Of a stretch of DNA of 64,000 nt, positions 50,525 to 64,000 are shown one piece after another; positions within the stretch are counted from its first letter, which is position 1, and every line of letters begins with the position of its first letter. The translations under genes and the position numbers were made by a program. The notes below the pieces were generated by a model. That model worked only from the letters and a program-made list of their open reading frames with translations, ran no database searches and was not told where the DNA came from. The stretch is taken from assembly GCA_051362555.1 (NCBI GenBank), contig CM120642.1:26660001-26724000 (forward strand), given 5' to 3'. Source of the stretch: Lingula anatina. Lineage: Eukaryota > Animalia > Brachiopoda.

Positions 50525-50620
50525 ATGGAACGAACATTTTATGTCTTTTTGGCTTTTCTTGTCCACTCAGTGGCATCCCAGGGACGGATAGATGTGGATT
50601 TGACTGATCACGGAAAGAAG
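50525..50620 (+). CDS. Signal-peptide first exon C (MERTFYVFLAFLVHSVAS-QGRIDVDLTDHGKK)
   Basis: AAGATGG start context, hydrophobic core, VAS/Q cleavage site, phase-0 donor AAG|GTACGT. CATAAAA at ~50438 and a CpG-rich leader. Too short for the ORF track. Confidence 0.75.
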
Positions 50621-53600
50621 GTACGTTGTTTGTGAAATCTCCCCTCGATCTTTTAAGACTGGTTTCTGTGATTTTGCTCCGTGACGCAAGGTTTTATTTT
50701 CAATGTGTCGTTTTGGTTTTTTTCCCTGTATTTATACTATCAAACTGTTTGTTCAAACCAAAAAGATGAAAATTATGTCGAATACAACAAATAAGGGAAG
50801 TTTTAAGAAACGCGCTGAGTAGAAAAAAAATAATAGCATCTGATATTAATAAGACCAATTACCAAATATTTTTGTAGTATTGCCCATTGACGTGTTGCTC
50901 TTCGCGCTTTTTTTTTCATGCTTTTGTTCCTTTTGAAAGCAGACAGCCAGATTCCAGATTGCCCTCTGTGATAGCGGTTTTTAACATTTCCTCTTTAAAA
51001 ACACATCTAACAGACACGCATGCACTTGTATACACAGTGAAGTTAATAACCTATGTATTTCAGTATAAAAGAACAATACTCAACCAAAGGAGTAAAAAAA
51101 CCTTTTGTTATTGATGTAGACAGGGGTATTTTTTTCATAAGGACTTTTGCACCGTGCACATAGTTACGTGCCCCAGTCGGGTCGGATAAATATGTACATT
51201 TAACAAAGAGAATGGTTGATATACGAAAAAATATATAAAACAATGCGTTTGTAATTGAATGACACAAAACAGAATTTAAAGAAAATGGCACTCATAGGAG
51301 AGCAATAAGTACAATCAACAAGTTGCCCTTGCATCAATCATTTTGGAAAAGACATTAATTTAACGTCAATGCAGAGACATTTGTGGCGGCTTCGGCATCT
51401 TTAGGAATATTCTACTCGGCAGTGGATGGTTAAGTGAGCCCCTGCCTCGTGAGAGCACCCCCTTTTTCTCTTGAGACGAAGCCTTTGTAATGAGCGTTTT
51501 CACGGTGTCATTAGATCCTAGAACGCTAGTAGTACGTTTTTTAATGAGTTCAGTTAAGTATAATTTGAAACTTTCCCTTTAATGCAGCAAATGTATCAAA
51601 TTCACACAGGGAGCAAGTGTCTGCAGACGCATAGTTTAACAGTTCTTCTATTATCGTAAGGCTCTTTTTGTTCTTTTGGCAATGTAAAATAACATATTGA
51701 ATTATTGTTTCAGGGGTCACCTTTAATTTCTCTAAAAGCGCATTCATTTTAACAGCACCTTCATTATTATATGAATCTGACCAACTGTTTAAAACGTCAG
51801 TTCGGACTCAATCATACGTGATCGTGGACAGATAGTCATTGTAGAGTTTCTCACGTAAGGTTATCCGCAGCAACGCCCTATACCGACCGAAGCAGCAGGT
51901 GCACGCTAAACCGAGGTGTCAACACTGCCGCGCGTCGCAAAAATGACGTTCTTTAATTCCTACAGAATGCGATATGTTCGTCATGCTCCCAGTCCGCCCA
52001 AGCACGCTGAGATCTTCTTTAGATGTTTATTTTTGAGGAAGTGGTTACGGAATTTTGAAGTTGCATTTAAATGCCATGATGTGTATTTGACCACTTTTGA
52101 TATGACATAGGCTGTTTTTAACTGTGTTCTTGGTTGCATTTATTTTTTATTTAAACTTTTATGCGTTCGGCCGCAGAACTTAAAATGTGCAAAACAGAAA
52201 AAAATATATATGTTATGAATTTTAAGACGTTTGTTTAGGTACAAGGACAGAACCACAAATATTGTCCTTATTCCTGGGGTGACGAAAAACGATAGAATAA
52301 AAACTTTCAAAGGGAAATGGCTTCTTTTTTTAACTTATTTTATTTTTTATGGGAAATGGCTCTTAAGCATTTATGATAAGCGATCAGCAAGATTTTTCTC
52401 AGCTTTTTCTCATATCCAGACGCGTACCTATTCTTTTCAATGCTGAAAAAAAGGCAAAGGAAATGAAGTGGCTTTGAGCTATTCAGCTATTCTAAATACT
52501 TGAAGTTTGTCTAAGTCTAACATTTCTGCTTGAAACCAATGCGCGGGGCCGAACCGGGAAAAGTAGTCGTTAAGTCATTAAAGAAGTGAGCAGTTCAGTG
52601 CAGTTCCGGATGCACGAAGCTTCGGTATTAAAACGGACTTCTTAATCGTTTTTCACCCGAGTAGTTATATGTAATTTTTTAAGGAGTGTTAGATTAATTC
52701 GGTTGTACCGGTTGACATAGAATGAGGAAAAAAATAGCGTCTTTTACGTAACGCTATGCTTATGCAACACAACATTTCCGCCTGTCATAACACCCCAATA
52801 CTTCATTTGAAAAAACTACAGTGTTTTTATCAAAAGCTATTTTTTGCTTTGGTTTTCACACAAATGAGGTTCCTTTTGTCGTCTGGTAGCAGGCAACCAA
52901 CACAGGAGGTTCGACGTCACGAAAGTCATGTTAACTAACTGTAGCGGTTCAGCACTGTTCTCCAAATTCACCTGTGTAGTGTATTTCATATGGATTTTAA
53001 GAAGAAAAAATCTCATGAGAAATCACCAGCTAACGCAGGCTACAGGGGCCAGGCCAGAGGTGTTTTTCTTACGAACCTTACCCTAATTAGTTAAGAGCAT
53101 TATCATTTATCTCGAAAGATTTCAATAGCTTGAGAGAAAAGAAAAAACCCAGACAACCAGTTCGGCCCTTCGGGGTTCCTCCTTTTTTCATGCTTCTGGG
53201 TTTTAAGTATTCCCTTTTGCGAACAGTTGTGTGCCCCGATGCAAAAAGCGTTTGTTCTGTTTCGACAAAGCGACCTATTGCCTTTTTTTGTGGGGTAGTT
53301 AGTCTAAAACACTCTCATTACCTACTAATGCGAAGTCTCAGTAGGCAGCGATATGGCGTAGCCGCTTTCAGAAAAAAAAAGCTGAAACAAGCGCAACAGT
53401 CTAATTGTGTTTATTTTCCCATATTTTAACCACGTTGGTGGGCATTATACAATGTTTGTTGACGCGTCGATACTGGTCAACTCTTCATAGTTAATTTTAA
53501 ACACAATTCCCGATGTAATTAATAAATTGTCCTATTTTAATTCCACTTTCTGTTTGTTCGATTTGGGAGGGGGTGGTTGTACTTAAAACCAAATGTTTTG

Positions 53601-54187
53601 TTAGTCCGAAATGCCATTCATCGCAGATAGGAATTGCTGAAACTCTTTATAAAAATACCACCTTTTATGTGTCTGACTCGGCTGGTAATGCGCCAGTTTT
53701 CAATTACATTTGTATACAATAAGCGACTCTAGGCCGTGTAAATATACAGTCCTATAACATATTTCAGGCTTTAAAGCAACCGCAGCACTAAAATATCCCC
53801 CTGCTTTGTTTGTTTTAGGGTTCTATGAAACTGTTTCATATTTTAATGGTCCATACGCGTATGCACATTTTTTTCCCTCTGGAGCGTGCTAATGGGTACT
53901 TAGTTCGCACTCGTTTTGTCCCGTAATGCCCTCACACGACCTAATACACTTCATAACATCGCTAACTTTTTAACATCCGGGAAGTAAAACCATATGACAC
54001 CTTGATTCTCACTTCAAGGTTATGATAAAGAAATATCATTACTCTTCATTAGCGTGAGCAAGTGGTGCTTTGATTTTGCCTTGCATCCCGCAGTGTGTTG
54101 TTTCAACAAAGATTCCCGCGTAAAACCTGAGACAAAGTATGACATAATCATTTAATTGAGCACTAAAATGTTTTACAATAACATTTT

Positions 54188-54240
<53 letters not shown>

Positions 54241-54348
54241 CATTTAAAGACAAGAAACAAATAATATGTTACAAAAATGATATCCACATATTTAGCAAAA
54301 TTTATTTAGTGAATATTTTAATTATCCAAAAATGATGATACAGTGGTA

Positions 54349-54564
54349 GGGACCATTCCCACAGATATTTGGATCGATCTATCTCCCTGGGGAGTCTCAC
54401 TAAATTGCTGTCAGCTTAACCGGCTTAAATGTCTGTCCCGCCTACTAAAAGCTGTTAGGGGGTAATTAACTTTCGTGCGCGCTCGGCTCCCTCTTGAGTT
54501 GATAGTTATTTCGTATGAACCAAGTTAGGTCGATCCAGACGGATCGATCTAAGTATGGGAACCC
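54349..54564. mobile_element. MITE family A copy 3 (opposite orientation to the 12204 copy)
   Basis: GGGACCATTCCCA...TATGGGAACCC; core shared with the 6979 and 12204 copies. Confidence 0.7.
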
Positions 54565-57500
54565 AGGCGTAGCCTATATGTGTTACAAAGTGGACCCTTA
54601 CAAAGTAACATTTTAATGACGTTAATTTGGATTTTTAGATCTATCATGTATTTAAATGTTAAAAGCTTCAAGACATATACTACTTGATGCATTGAGAAGT
54701 CAGACAAGTTTTTCGTAGTCCTTCCAAAAACATCTTGTAAGTCTTTAAGTCCAGAGTTTTTATACAATCTACATTTATTCACATGGAAATCATGGACAAA
54801 TTGTTATAAAATATATCTATTTCATCACAAACAAATGTCATTTCATCAAAAGTTATTCTAGTAACTTAAAAAAACTTACATGCATTATTGGTTATTCATA
54901 AAGAATCATAGTTAAAAAACTTCATAAGTCTTGGACATTCTTTATACACTCTGTGCTTCTCTTTGAACTTATATGTAGAAGGCTTGTAAAGATTCCAATG
55001 TTTACGAATGCGATAAAGACGAAGTGGCCATTCCATCTGAGCTCAAAGAGGTAAACCAAGATAAAAAGAAACCAAATTAGTTCAATTTAATTGCTTTGAC
55101 GTTCGTTTAATTAACAGGGAGACCACAAGGAAGTAAACCATGTACAACCCCGCTGGTAACGGGAGAAATGCAACCAACTGTTCTATAGAAAACGACACTT
55201 TTGTAATATCCCTGGCGATTTTTTTCTAGCATGTAAACATTCGTTAGCCATCACCCTGAATATAAAATTGCAAACAGGAACTTTTCATCTACAGCAGCAT
55301 GCGCATGCGCTTGTCGTGTTCATTTGTGTATCAGGCGTAAATGGGCTACGTAGCTAAAAGAATTAGCCAACTTCAGATCCAGGGTGGAAACTAGCATTAG
55401 ATATGTTTAAAACAAAATAAGCATCACATGTACACAGACATTTCTCGCTGATGAAATTAACAAGGCAGAAAGTTTTCCCCGTGTGCCTCCTTTATACTCT
55501 GTCGCGACGTCGTCGTGTAAGTAATTAGATTACTGCGCGGAGGGTAGGTGGCTTAAAACCCACAGCTGCCGTCAGTGACAAGAGAAAAAAATGATTTAAC
55601 TCGTAACTCGAGGCATATAGCATTTAACCCTGTTATTATTTTAACGTCATCTGATTAGAAAGCCTGCCAAAGTGGAAATGACTACACACAGGTAGATGGA
55701 AAATGTCAACAGAAGAACGTAATTGTTGTGACATCGTGCCAAAAAAGAAAAGGTAGCAAATAAAAGGGCATAGGGTGCTAATAATTGGCGCGAAATGCTT
55801 CATGGACCGGTTTGATTACACTTTTACTAAAAGCGATAAAATCTTATTTCTAAGTTCACTTATTAATTGATTGATTCATAAGGATTTTCAAACGCGTTTT
55901 GAGATCACATTTTCAGTTGCTGTGGTCTTCATATTTCAACCTCTTTCGATATAAAAAGCCTTGAACTTTGAGGAATTATGAAGATTTTTTTTCACAATTT
56001 AATAGAGTTGGCAATACAAATGTGTGTTTTAGAGTCATCCTTTTTTGGCAACGACTATCTTTAAAACAAATCAGGGTTACAACAAACACGACAAGTATGA
56101 AACAAAGTTTTGTACTTTTTGTTTTTAGGAGAATAATCGTCTTCCTCTGCTTATCAAAACATTCCCTGTCTTGTCGAAATATCCAGCACCAAGAACTTAC
56201 GGGTCACGGGTCGTAAACCGAGGCGATAAGACGGAAAATACTCCATGACCAGTCAATCGTTCTTTTTGTGTAATAAACCTCTTCGAAATGAAAACCTTAA
56301 AGCACTCCTTAAAAGGATTAAGCATGAAAACGCTCCTCTGAACCAAATTAAGAACACATTTGTTTTCCTAGATTTATGGCTGTGAATCTGAGGTCGAGCA
56401 ACTTGTGTCCTCTTGGCTTACTTCCTGAATGAATAAAACTATAATTTTGTCTCGTAAAAAGTGCAAGTGTTTAAACGGTTCATATTAGAATAAACGGAAA
56501 ATGTAATGATAGAGAAATGATTTACAATATACAGGCAACATTTTGTCGTAAATTGGGCAATAATAGGGAAAGCTGCCTCTTTTCATTTTGCGTCGCATAC
56601 TCTTAGCGAGGACTGGGATAAGATTTATTTTTTTTCCGCAGAAACTGTTTCTTGTTATATTCATGAACTGCACCCCCCCCCCCCCACGACTGTTCAAGTT
56701 AGAATCCATTACTGTGTGTGCAGTTCCCAAAGAAGCTTGTGGTAACTAGAAGAATTTTGCCGAGAATTGACCCGTGCCTGACTCTCTCACCGAACCTAAT
56801 TTCAAACACGTTCAGTGAATTCAGGCTGTCATTGCCTATCTAATGTATTTATGTTTTTCCTTTTGCTTGTATGCTGGGAAAAAATAGTATACAGGCGTCA
56901 CGTTTACTGCATGCTTTTAACCTATATTCTCATCTTTTGAGCGAAACTCGTGGCAAATTGGCCGTTAAAAGATACGCATGATTGTCTGGAGACAGCATAC
57001 ATCACATGCAAAAAATCAAAGAAAAGTGAATCATTATAATTTACACATGGTTAACTAAATATACTATATATCTTTCTCTGAAGATTGTACTGTGCTGTTT
57101 TGCTTGGCTTGAGGGGCGTCCCGTTCACCAGGATCGCGTTGCGGCGCTACTGGTGTTGGCGTTTATTTTTAGACAGGTGGAATTTCATAGTTTTATTGCT
57201 TTTAACTGTACTCAACTAGAAAACTGCGAAAAATTACAATTACAATTACAACTGCTCTGTCAGGGTGAGAAGAAAAAGGGTCAAGGGCTTATCTATCTAA
57301 GCAAACTTAGAATGTTTTGCCACCGACCAATTTTGATTCTAGCTGCCACCGTTTCGTTTTTCTTGTCATAAGGCAGCCACTCTTATGGTATACTGCACAT
57401 CCGTTATTTTTCATTCGATGTATAAAATAAATAACATACGCGTCTCTAAATTCGATGATATGCCTTCGATTAATCGTTAACATATCTCAAAGTTTTCCTT

Positions 57501-60500
57501 GCAATTTTTTGGAACACTAGGTAAATTATCCTACATTTTCTCATTCGTCTCGTCGATTATCTATGTAATCTGTTTACGACAATTTTTGACATATTTGCCT
57601 CAATTACAGCACGCTCTTCCCGAAAGAAGATACCTTGTTGATCCGTATTTATAATGTATTTTTGCGATACTATCTCAATGGGCATGCCATTAAGCCACAT
57701 CACTTCCACTGTTTATTCGTGAGAAGATTCTCTGGATCTTAAAAAACTTGCACTATGGCTCCGACTCTGACACCTGTTACTCTGTTGAAAGCGCAAAGAG
57801 CTCTTAGTTTGCAGGCTTGTTTTTGCCTATCCCAGAAACAAATTAAATGGAAAAAGTATGCAAAATTACAACACAGATATACAATATAGGATGGTGGGGC
57901 GTATTTTGATTGAAGCGGTAAAAAATGGATTTGATATACTACTGCAAGTACTCCCTGGATTTTGATGGAAGGAAACTCAGGAATTCGTGGTGAAACGTCA
58001 TTAGCTTTATTTAACACACGCGGGCTAATTATGATGGCACACAGGTAGGGATTGTCTCTTGGCTGTCTCACTGGGGTCTGTCTAAACATCGGAGAGCTTC
58101 CCAACCTTATGGGGAACCAACTAATTTATTAGACAAAAACTGTATGAATGTGACTTAACTCATTATTTCTACTTCACACAATACAAGCACCTGAATACAT
58201 ATTTGTGTCATTTTTGTAAACAAAATTAATAAAATCGATTGCTTTTGATGTACTTTAACTTTTGTATAAAAAACATGAATGTAATCTACGGGCAGGAAAG
58301 TTGCATAACTGTTGGATCTGGGTCTGGGTTGAACCAGATTATCTTCTAGCGTCGTGGCTGTTGGGTGGGCGATCAAAAGACCTAATCACATAATATAAGA
58401 CCGAGATTTATCCACCATTCCTGAATCGCTATTAGGTTTCAATTTTTTTGCCAACTTAAAATGGGTGGCAATTGTTACTCATATGTATTGACTTGTAGAT
58501 AATTTTGTTTTCTTTTTTAACTTCTCTTCCATGATTTAGTTGGAGAGTGAAAATAAATTAACATTATACAACGAATAGAAGCATGTCACGAAAGGTGCAG
58601 TTTTTTCCTACATGAAACAAGATAGTCAAAGAATTAGATAAAGGAAAGGAGAGTTGCCAACTCTTCAATTCTCATTTGTCCTTATTATTAAGAGTTAAGT
58701 ATAAAAACACCCAAAAAACTATAGGAATCGGTGATAAAAATCGTGTGACACGTGATGAAAAAACGTAAATATAGGAATGTTGTATAAGCAGTAGGTAGAT
58801 CAGATGACAAACTTGGTTTCATGTTTTTAATTAGACACAGACAAATATCTTCCTTGCCGAAGGTCAGGTTGACCTCGGTCGTTCGCCATCAATCATTTGC
58901 TGCCATTGACATGTGCCTTAAGTAAATTGTTTTCCTTAAAGTTGTGTTCGTAGTGATATTAATGTTTTCTGTTATCCAATGTGTTATTATTCAGCGTGAA
59001 CTGCTTGTTTAGCAGCAACCGATGGAACTTGGTTTCGGGGTGGTCAAATGTTTCAGTGGCTGCGTGATTGGCTCGAATACATTTTTTTTTACCACTCCAT
59101 TTGTCTTTTCTCACAGTTCGTTGAACAACTACAAATTATATCTTAATTGGTTTTGTTAGGTTTCGCAACGTGACTCAATATTCCATGTGGTTAATACTTG
59201 CTGTAACAGGAAATTATGTCTGTCTGGGACGTCATGATATGTAACCAGTTTCAATTGTCATGACGGACCACCCGGTCATAAAAAGACATTTTCACAGATG
59301 GAAATGCCTTGACTTGCCAAAAGTTTTCTGAAGTATGACTGTCGTAAAATGTTTTTTCTCCTATGCTTTATATATTTTATCAAAATTTGAATTAAGTAAA
59401 ACAAATCAATATATGCCATGGAGGGCATATTCAAAAAATCTCCCATTTTTTCATACATGTATACAGCGGTATATATTTATATTTTTACAAAGTCCTGCTG
59501 GGACAATTTTTTTACCCACTGATTAAAGCAGCACTCGGGACTTTCAGTCTGTTTTTTTTCTCACATTTTATCAGTTTAAAACAGGCGGAAATTTACTGTT
59601 ACTTGCCACATAGATGTCCAGCTGAGTGCAGTAAAAATGGAAGCATTAACTGAAATCTGTCAACCGGTGTAACGTGTACCTGAACATTGGACAAATGTAC
59701 ATTATTGAAAGATTTCTCTTTGTCCAAATCGCAATTAATCATTTCAATAAATAGTACTGTAAACATTTGCGGCTTGATGGTTCATACGATGTGATGTTAG
59801 TCTTTTTGTTTCCAAATATGATTTGTTTTCGGTGGTTTCGATCTTTATTTGTAGTCGCTCGTCTATTCATTTTACTTTATCATATACTGATAAAGTAAAA
59901 TAACATGCAGCAAACTTCAAATAAATGATAAGTCACCATTTTTAATGCAATGAAAATGAACGAAATCACAGAAAAGGTTTGTTGTCCTTGATAATAAGTG
60001 ATTGTCATTAAGTCCCACAATTTTGAGAAGATCTCAATTATTTCTTCCGCTTCTAATATCTTTGCACTTTTAACTGCATCCTTAAGGCTTCAGAGCGCGG
60101 CGCAGAGAGTCACAGTGCAAACAAACAGAACTCGTTTTTAATTTCCCCAACTGTTCTGAAGTCAAATTTTTCCAAAACAACATCTTCCTAGAACTGGTCC
60201 CCCATGTTGACAATGTTCTATTCCCAGCGTGGCAATCGTCCAACACGCGGTTTAAATTTGTTACCAGCTCCCTCCCCCCAAATCTATTCTAGCGTGTTTA
60301 CCATTGGCGGGTTTACAAAACCTCTCAGTGAAGTTTGGTCGTGTTCACATAGCGCTCACATTGATAGGTCTCTAACGACCGTAATGCTGTTCTTATGTCT
60401 GCTGTTCTTATGTCTATAGAACGTAATATATACATGCATATGATTAAGCATGTGTTAACACATCGTGTATTTAAAATTTATCTCTTATTTGAGAAAATAG

Positions 60501-62264
60501 CCATCATGTCATGTTTCACATTTATATAATAACATTCCCCAATTGAATTGGAAACGCGCGTACACATCATAACATATGAGACTGCGCACCGACCTTGATG
60601 ACATGGGGCCCTTACATTGTCGTGTAGGAGGAGCCCAGCTGTCCAGGGCTTCCTGTGTGTCAGTTAGACATGGGTTAAAACATGCAGTGATTCGGAAACC
60701 CTTGTCCATTAATCCGTCATAGTTATCAGCAGTAATTCATGGGGCGGTTTTCCTGTTTGCTCCCATACGGTAGCCGAATAGGATGCAGAATGGTACAAAC
60801 TGGTCGAATATATTTTACGTCATAAGAATGTTTTCGGCGTGATAATGTTACATCATAATATTCATATTAATCATATCAATAAAACAGTTTTTCTTGAAAG
60901 CGCTAGATTTATTGACTAAAAAGACAGTTAACTCACGTGGTAGCAATAAGGTCCATAAACGCCTTTTTTCTGTTTTTAAACAACCTCAGCCACCTTACTT
61001 GAAACAATACTCTTATGGCGTGTTTGATGTGTTTTCAGTTTGGTGCAGTGTTTCCTTTAAGGCTGTAAGTTTTCGTTTAGAACTCGTAACCTCTAAGTAT
61101 CACACATGGGGTGAGAAAAGACCAATTAGTTTGTCTAGGGGTTAGTAGATAAAAATGGATCGCGCGTACTTTGATATCGGCAAAATTGGAAAGATCAATA
61201 TGGGGTCTCTGTGGAATTGAATTGGACACCAATCGAGTGGAACATTACTGGTTTTATAGAATCGCGGGCGTTCTCAAGAAGATCCCTACTCATGGCATAG
61301 GACCACATCTAAGCGTTGTGTACAATAGAGTTTTGGATCCGTAATTTTTGTTTGAATAATGTGCCTATCGTTGTGGCTTCCGCTTTTAAGATCTGTATGC
61401 ATTCTGTTCAGCTCCTAGCGTCTTTCCGCGGCGTCCTACAGTATCTAACGACATGATAACCAAATTTAATTACGGACAGTCCATGTTTTGGACAGTCCAT
61501 GTTTCGGATAAGCTTAATAACGTTTATTTTTGGTGAAAATACTAATGCACAATATGGCCATATACAAACCTTGTGGAATGAAGTCATTACTTTGAAGATT
61601 GCTTTTAAACAATCTATTAAAATAGATCTGAGACGCCGAGGAGTTCACTTATGAATCCAAGCGACTTTCATAGCAACACTTCAGTTTGAAAAGACATAAC
61701 TTCAACGATTTCAATTGTCCCGAAAACAACCGCGTAATAAAGATATGGTGTGATTTATGTGTTTTGGGTCTTTACGTGCGCACCCAAACTTCTGACTTTT
61801 TTGGTGTACGTTTCAGTTTTAAGTGTTTCACGCGTTGTTGCTGAAAGCATGTCTTAGGGCCGTCTTGGCACTCGGTAACGCAAGGTATTTTTGACATCCA
61901 TGGAAAAAATTGAAACTGACGGTCTAGCAAGTCGAAATTTTTAAAAATTCCAACAAGTTACCATATAACCACTGTATAATATATTTTATCCTAAAATTAG
62001 CATGAAGGAGATTTTTTGAAAAATACCAAAAGTAAAACAATGCATAGATTATTTTAAAACATAGCGCACATTTAGAAACTTTATTTCATACGTACATACT
62101 GCAATCATTTCAACTTTTTCTGATGGTATGACTTGACGGACCCTTTTTTCCTTTACATTTAAAGTTTGCCCGTTATTATTATCATTATCACTGTTGTTAT
62201 CATTATCATTGCTATTGTGATTATCGTCTTCATCCTCATCATAATTTTTTCATTACCTTTTCAG

Positions 62265-62514
62265 GGCATTCATGGAGGCGACGAAGGCTGCACAAACACC
62301 AAACTGGATCTGGTATTCGTCCTGGACGAGTCCAGTAGCATCTGGGGCCCCGATTTCAAGGCCCAGCTGCAGTTTTTATCCCATATCACAGAAGACTTTA
62401 GGATAGGCCCAGATGCAACCCAGATTGCCGTCCTGACCTTCTCTAACCGCGCCACGGATCACTTTTACCTGAACAGATACAACACGGCCGAGGCCCTGCA
62501 AAAGGCCATTGTCG
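62265..62514 (+). CDS. VWA-domain protein, VWA exon 1 (GIHGGDEGCTNTKLDLVFVLDESSSI...)
   Basis: ccttttcag| phase-0 acceptor; DLVFVLDxSxS MIDAS motif; matrilin/collagen-type VWA. Confidence 0.95.
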
Positions 62515-62698
62515 GTAGGTGAAGGATAATGTTCAATATTATGGTATTTTAGGGTGTGGTAGTGTTAGTTTCATATGTCATCTTATCTGTGTGTGTTAAT
62601 TTGTCACCGCAGTTTGTTAATTTATCGTTGGCTTGATCCTATTCTCTTTCCAGCAACACACAAACACACACAAACACAAACACAGACACACACACATA

Positions 62699-62754
<56 letters not shown>

Positions 62755-62967
62755 GCAACATTTAGGCCTTCTGTCTTTCGTTTGGTGTGTTTCCAATGAT
62801 CTCTGAAACTGAAGGCGCCGTTTTGGCTGCCTCAAAGTCTTGCAGGATGTGTTCCAATGCGCCGGATCTGCGGAGCAGAAAACAATCCATCCTGATGTGA
62901 GGTACCATTTTCTAAAGATGACCATTTACGCCATGCTCGTCAACATAGTTTTTGTCATAATCTTCAG

Positions 62968-63137
62968 GTATTAGACAGCAGGGTGGTGGAACCTACACCA
63001 ATAGAGCCCTTGATAGGATGCGAGAGCGGTACTTCCTTGCTGCCAATGGAGGCAGGCCAGGTGTCCCCAAGCTGGGTATTATCATTACTGACGGTGCATC
63101 CCGCGACAAGGCCTTGACCGCAGCAGCGGCAGCAGAG
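62968..63137 (+). CDS. VWA exon 2 (GGGTYTNRAL...RPGVPKLGIIITDGAS)
   Basis: MIDAS Thr and TDG; phase 1-0. Confidence 0.95.
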
Positions 63138-63767
63138 GTGCGATGAAAATATTTAGATGTCATTTCATGACCATTTATGTTTGATAGGCCTAAACTTTTT
63201 AAATAGTTTTTGACTGTTTTAGCTCCCATGAAACAGTGGTCATATGAGACCAAAATAATGCGATATGGTTTCAAAAAAAAATATATATATAAATAAATAG
63301 ATAAATAAACAAATAAATGATATAAAATAATAATAATAATAATAAATCACCTGAATACCCGTAAACTTGTAGACTAGACATTTCTTCTTTAATACAATTT
63401 GTACCACACATGAGTAAATCATGAAAGCGAACCGAATCCACCTGGGCCGTTTTAGAAGGTCAATTCAAAGCAAATATACAAATCGGACGAGTGTAGTTTA
63501 AAGGGGTGATTGTTGGATCATAAGAATGAAAAAGCCCCAACCTGTTAGCCATGGTTCCCGTGTCATTACATAGGCCTATGTTTTTTCTCTCTCATTCGCA
63601 TAATATAATAGATCACCTTTATTGATTGTAATTATACCATGCCTCCAAGTCTGCAAAATGTCAATATAGAACTTTTAATAGGTGTACTTAAAAATTAAAT
63701 ATTATATTAAATATATTTTTACCTCCATCGTTTAAGATATTGATTATATTGATTTTGTTGTCTGAAG

Positions 63768-63948
63768 GCTCGCGCGCAGAACATAACTTTGGTGGCCATT
63801 GGTGTCGGTGCCAATATTGGTCGCGAGGAACTGAACTTGATAGCCAGCGAGCGCAAGGGAAAACCCGGGGATAAGTACACATATACTGTGGAGAATTACG
63901 AAGCCCTGGACAGCATTCGAGTCGAACTATCTAAGGTGACTTGTGAAG
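63768..63948 (+). CDS. VWA exon 3 (ITLVAIGVG...ELNLIAS...KVTCE); gene continues beyond window end
   Basis: AIGVG and ELxxIAS motifs, closing Cys, phase-1 donor G|GTGAGT. Confidence 0.95.
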
Positions 63949-64000
63949 GTGAGTAGGATCATGAAGGTATTAAAACTATATAGTCGTCAATCAATAAAGT

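Noticed and set aside
55949-61100. A fourth signal-peptide exon between exon C and the VWA exon
   Set aside because: Candidates near 55978, 57080 and 61015 lack an ATG, hit stops or end in the wrong phase.
62166-62264. Hydrophobic Ile-rich stretch before the VWA exon as a signal/TM anchor
   Set aside because: Starts at TTG rather than ATG, is a degenerate ATT/ATC microsatellite and ends in a canonical polypyrimidine-AG acceptor.

Overview
AT-rich, intron-rich animal genomic DNA. Gene structure and repeat types suggest a marine invertebrate, possibly a mollusc (inference). Left part: a head-to-head gene pair with about 280-320 bp between start codons. FPGS (folylpolyglutamate synthase) lies on the minus strand with 12 coding exons from 8736 to 76 and continues off the left edge. 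MAP2K7/MKK7 (JNK kinase) lies on the plus strand, complete, with 12 exons at 9056-25722 and a probable ~3 kb 3'UTR. Their introns hold non-autonomous DNA elements: a piggyBac-type element, several MITEs and two Helentron-associated (HINE-like) elements. One HINE is 3.8 kb and carries a 146-bp higher-order satellite rich in nuclear-receptor DR1 motifs. Right part (29-64 kb): one very long plus-strand locus for a secreted VWA-domain protein. Three different ATG-signal-peptide exons, about 9-10 kb apart (32004, 41840, 50525), all end in phase-0 GT donors. Each could splice to the same phase-0 VWA exon at 62265, giving a variable-first-exon/constant-body arrangement with different His/Asp-containing, Gln-initiated mature N-termini. 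All exon calls were made by hand from reading frame and GT/AG sites; no transcript data were available.
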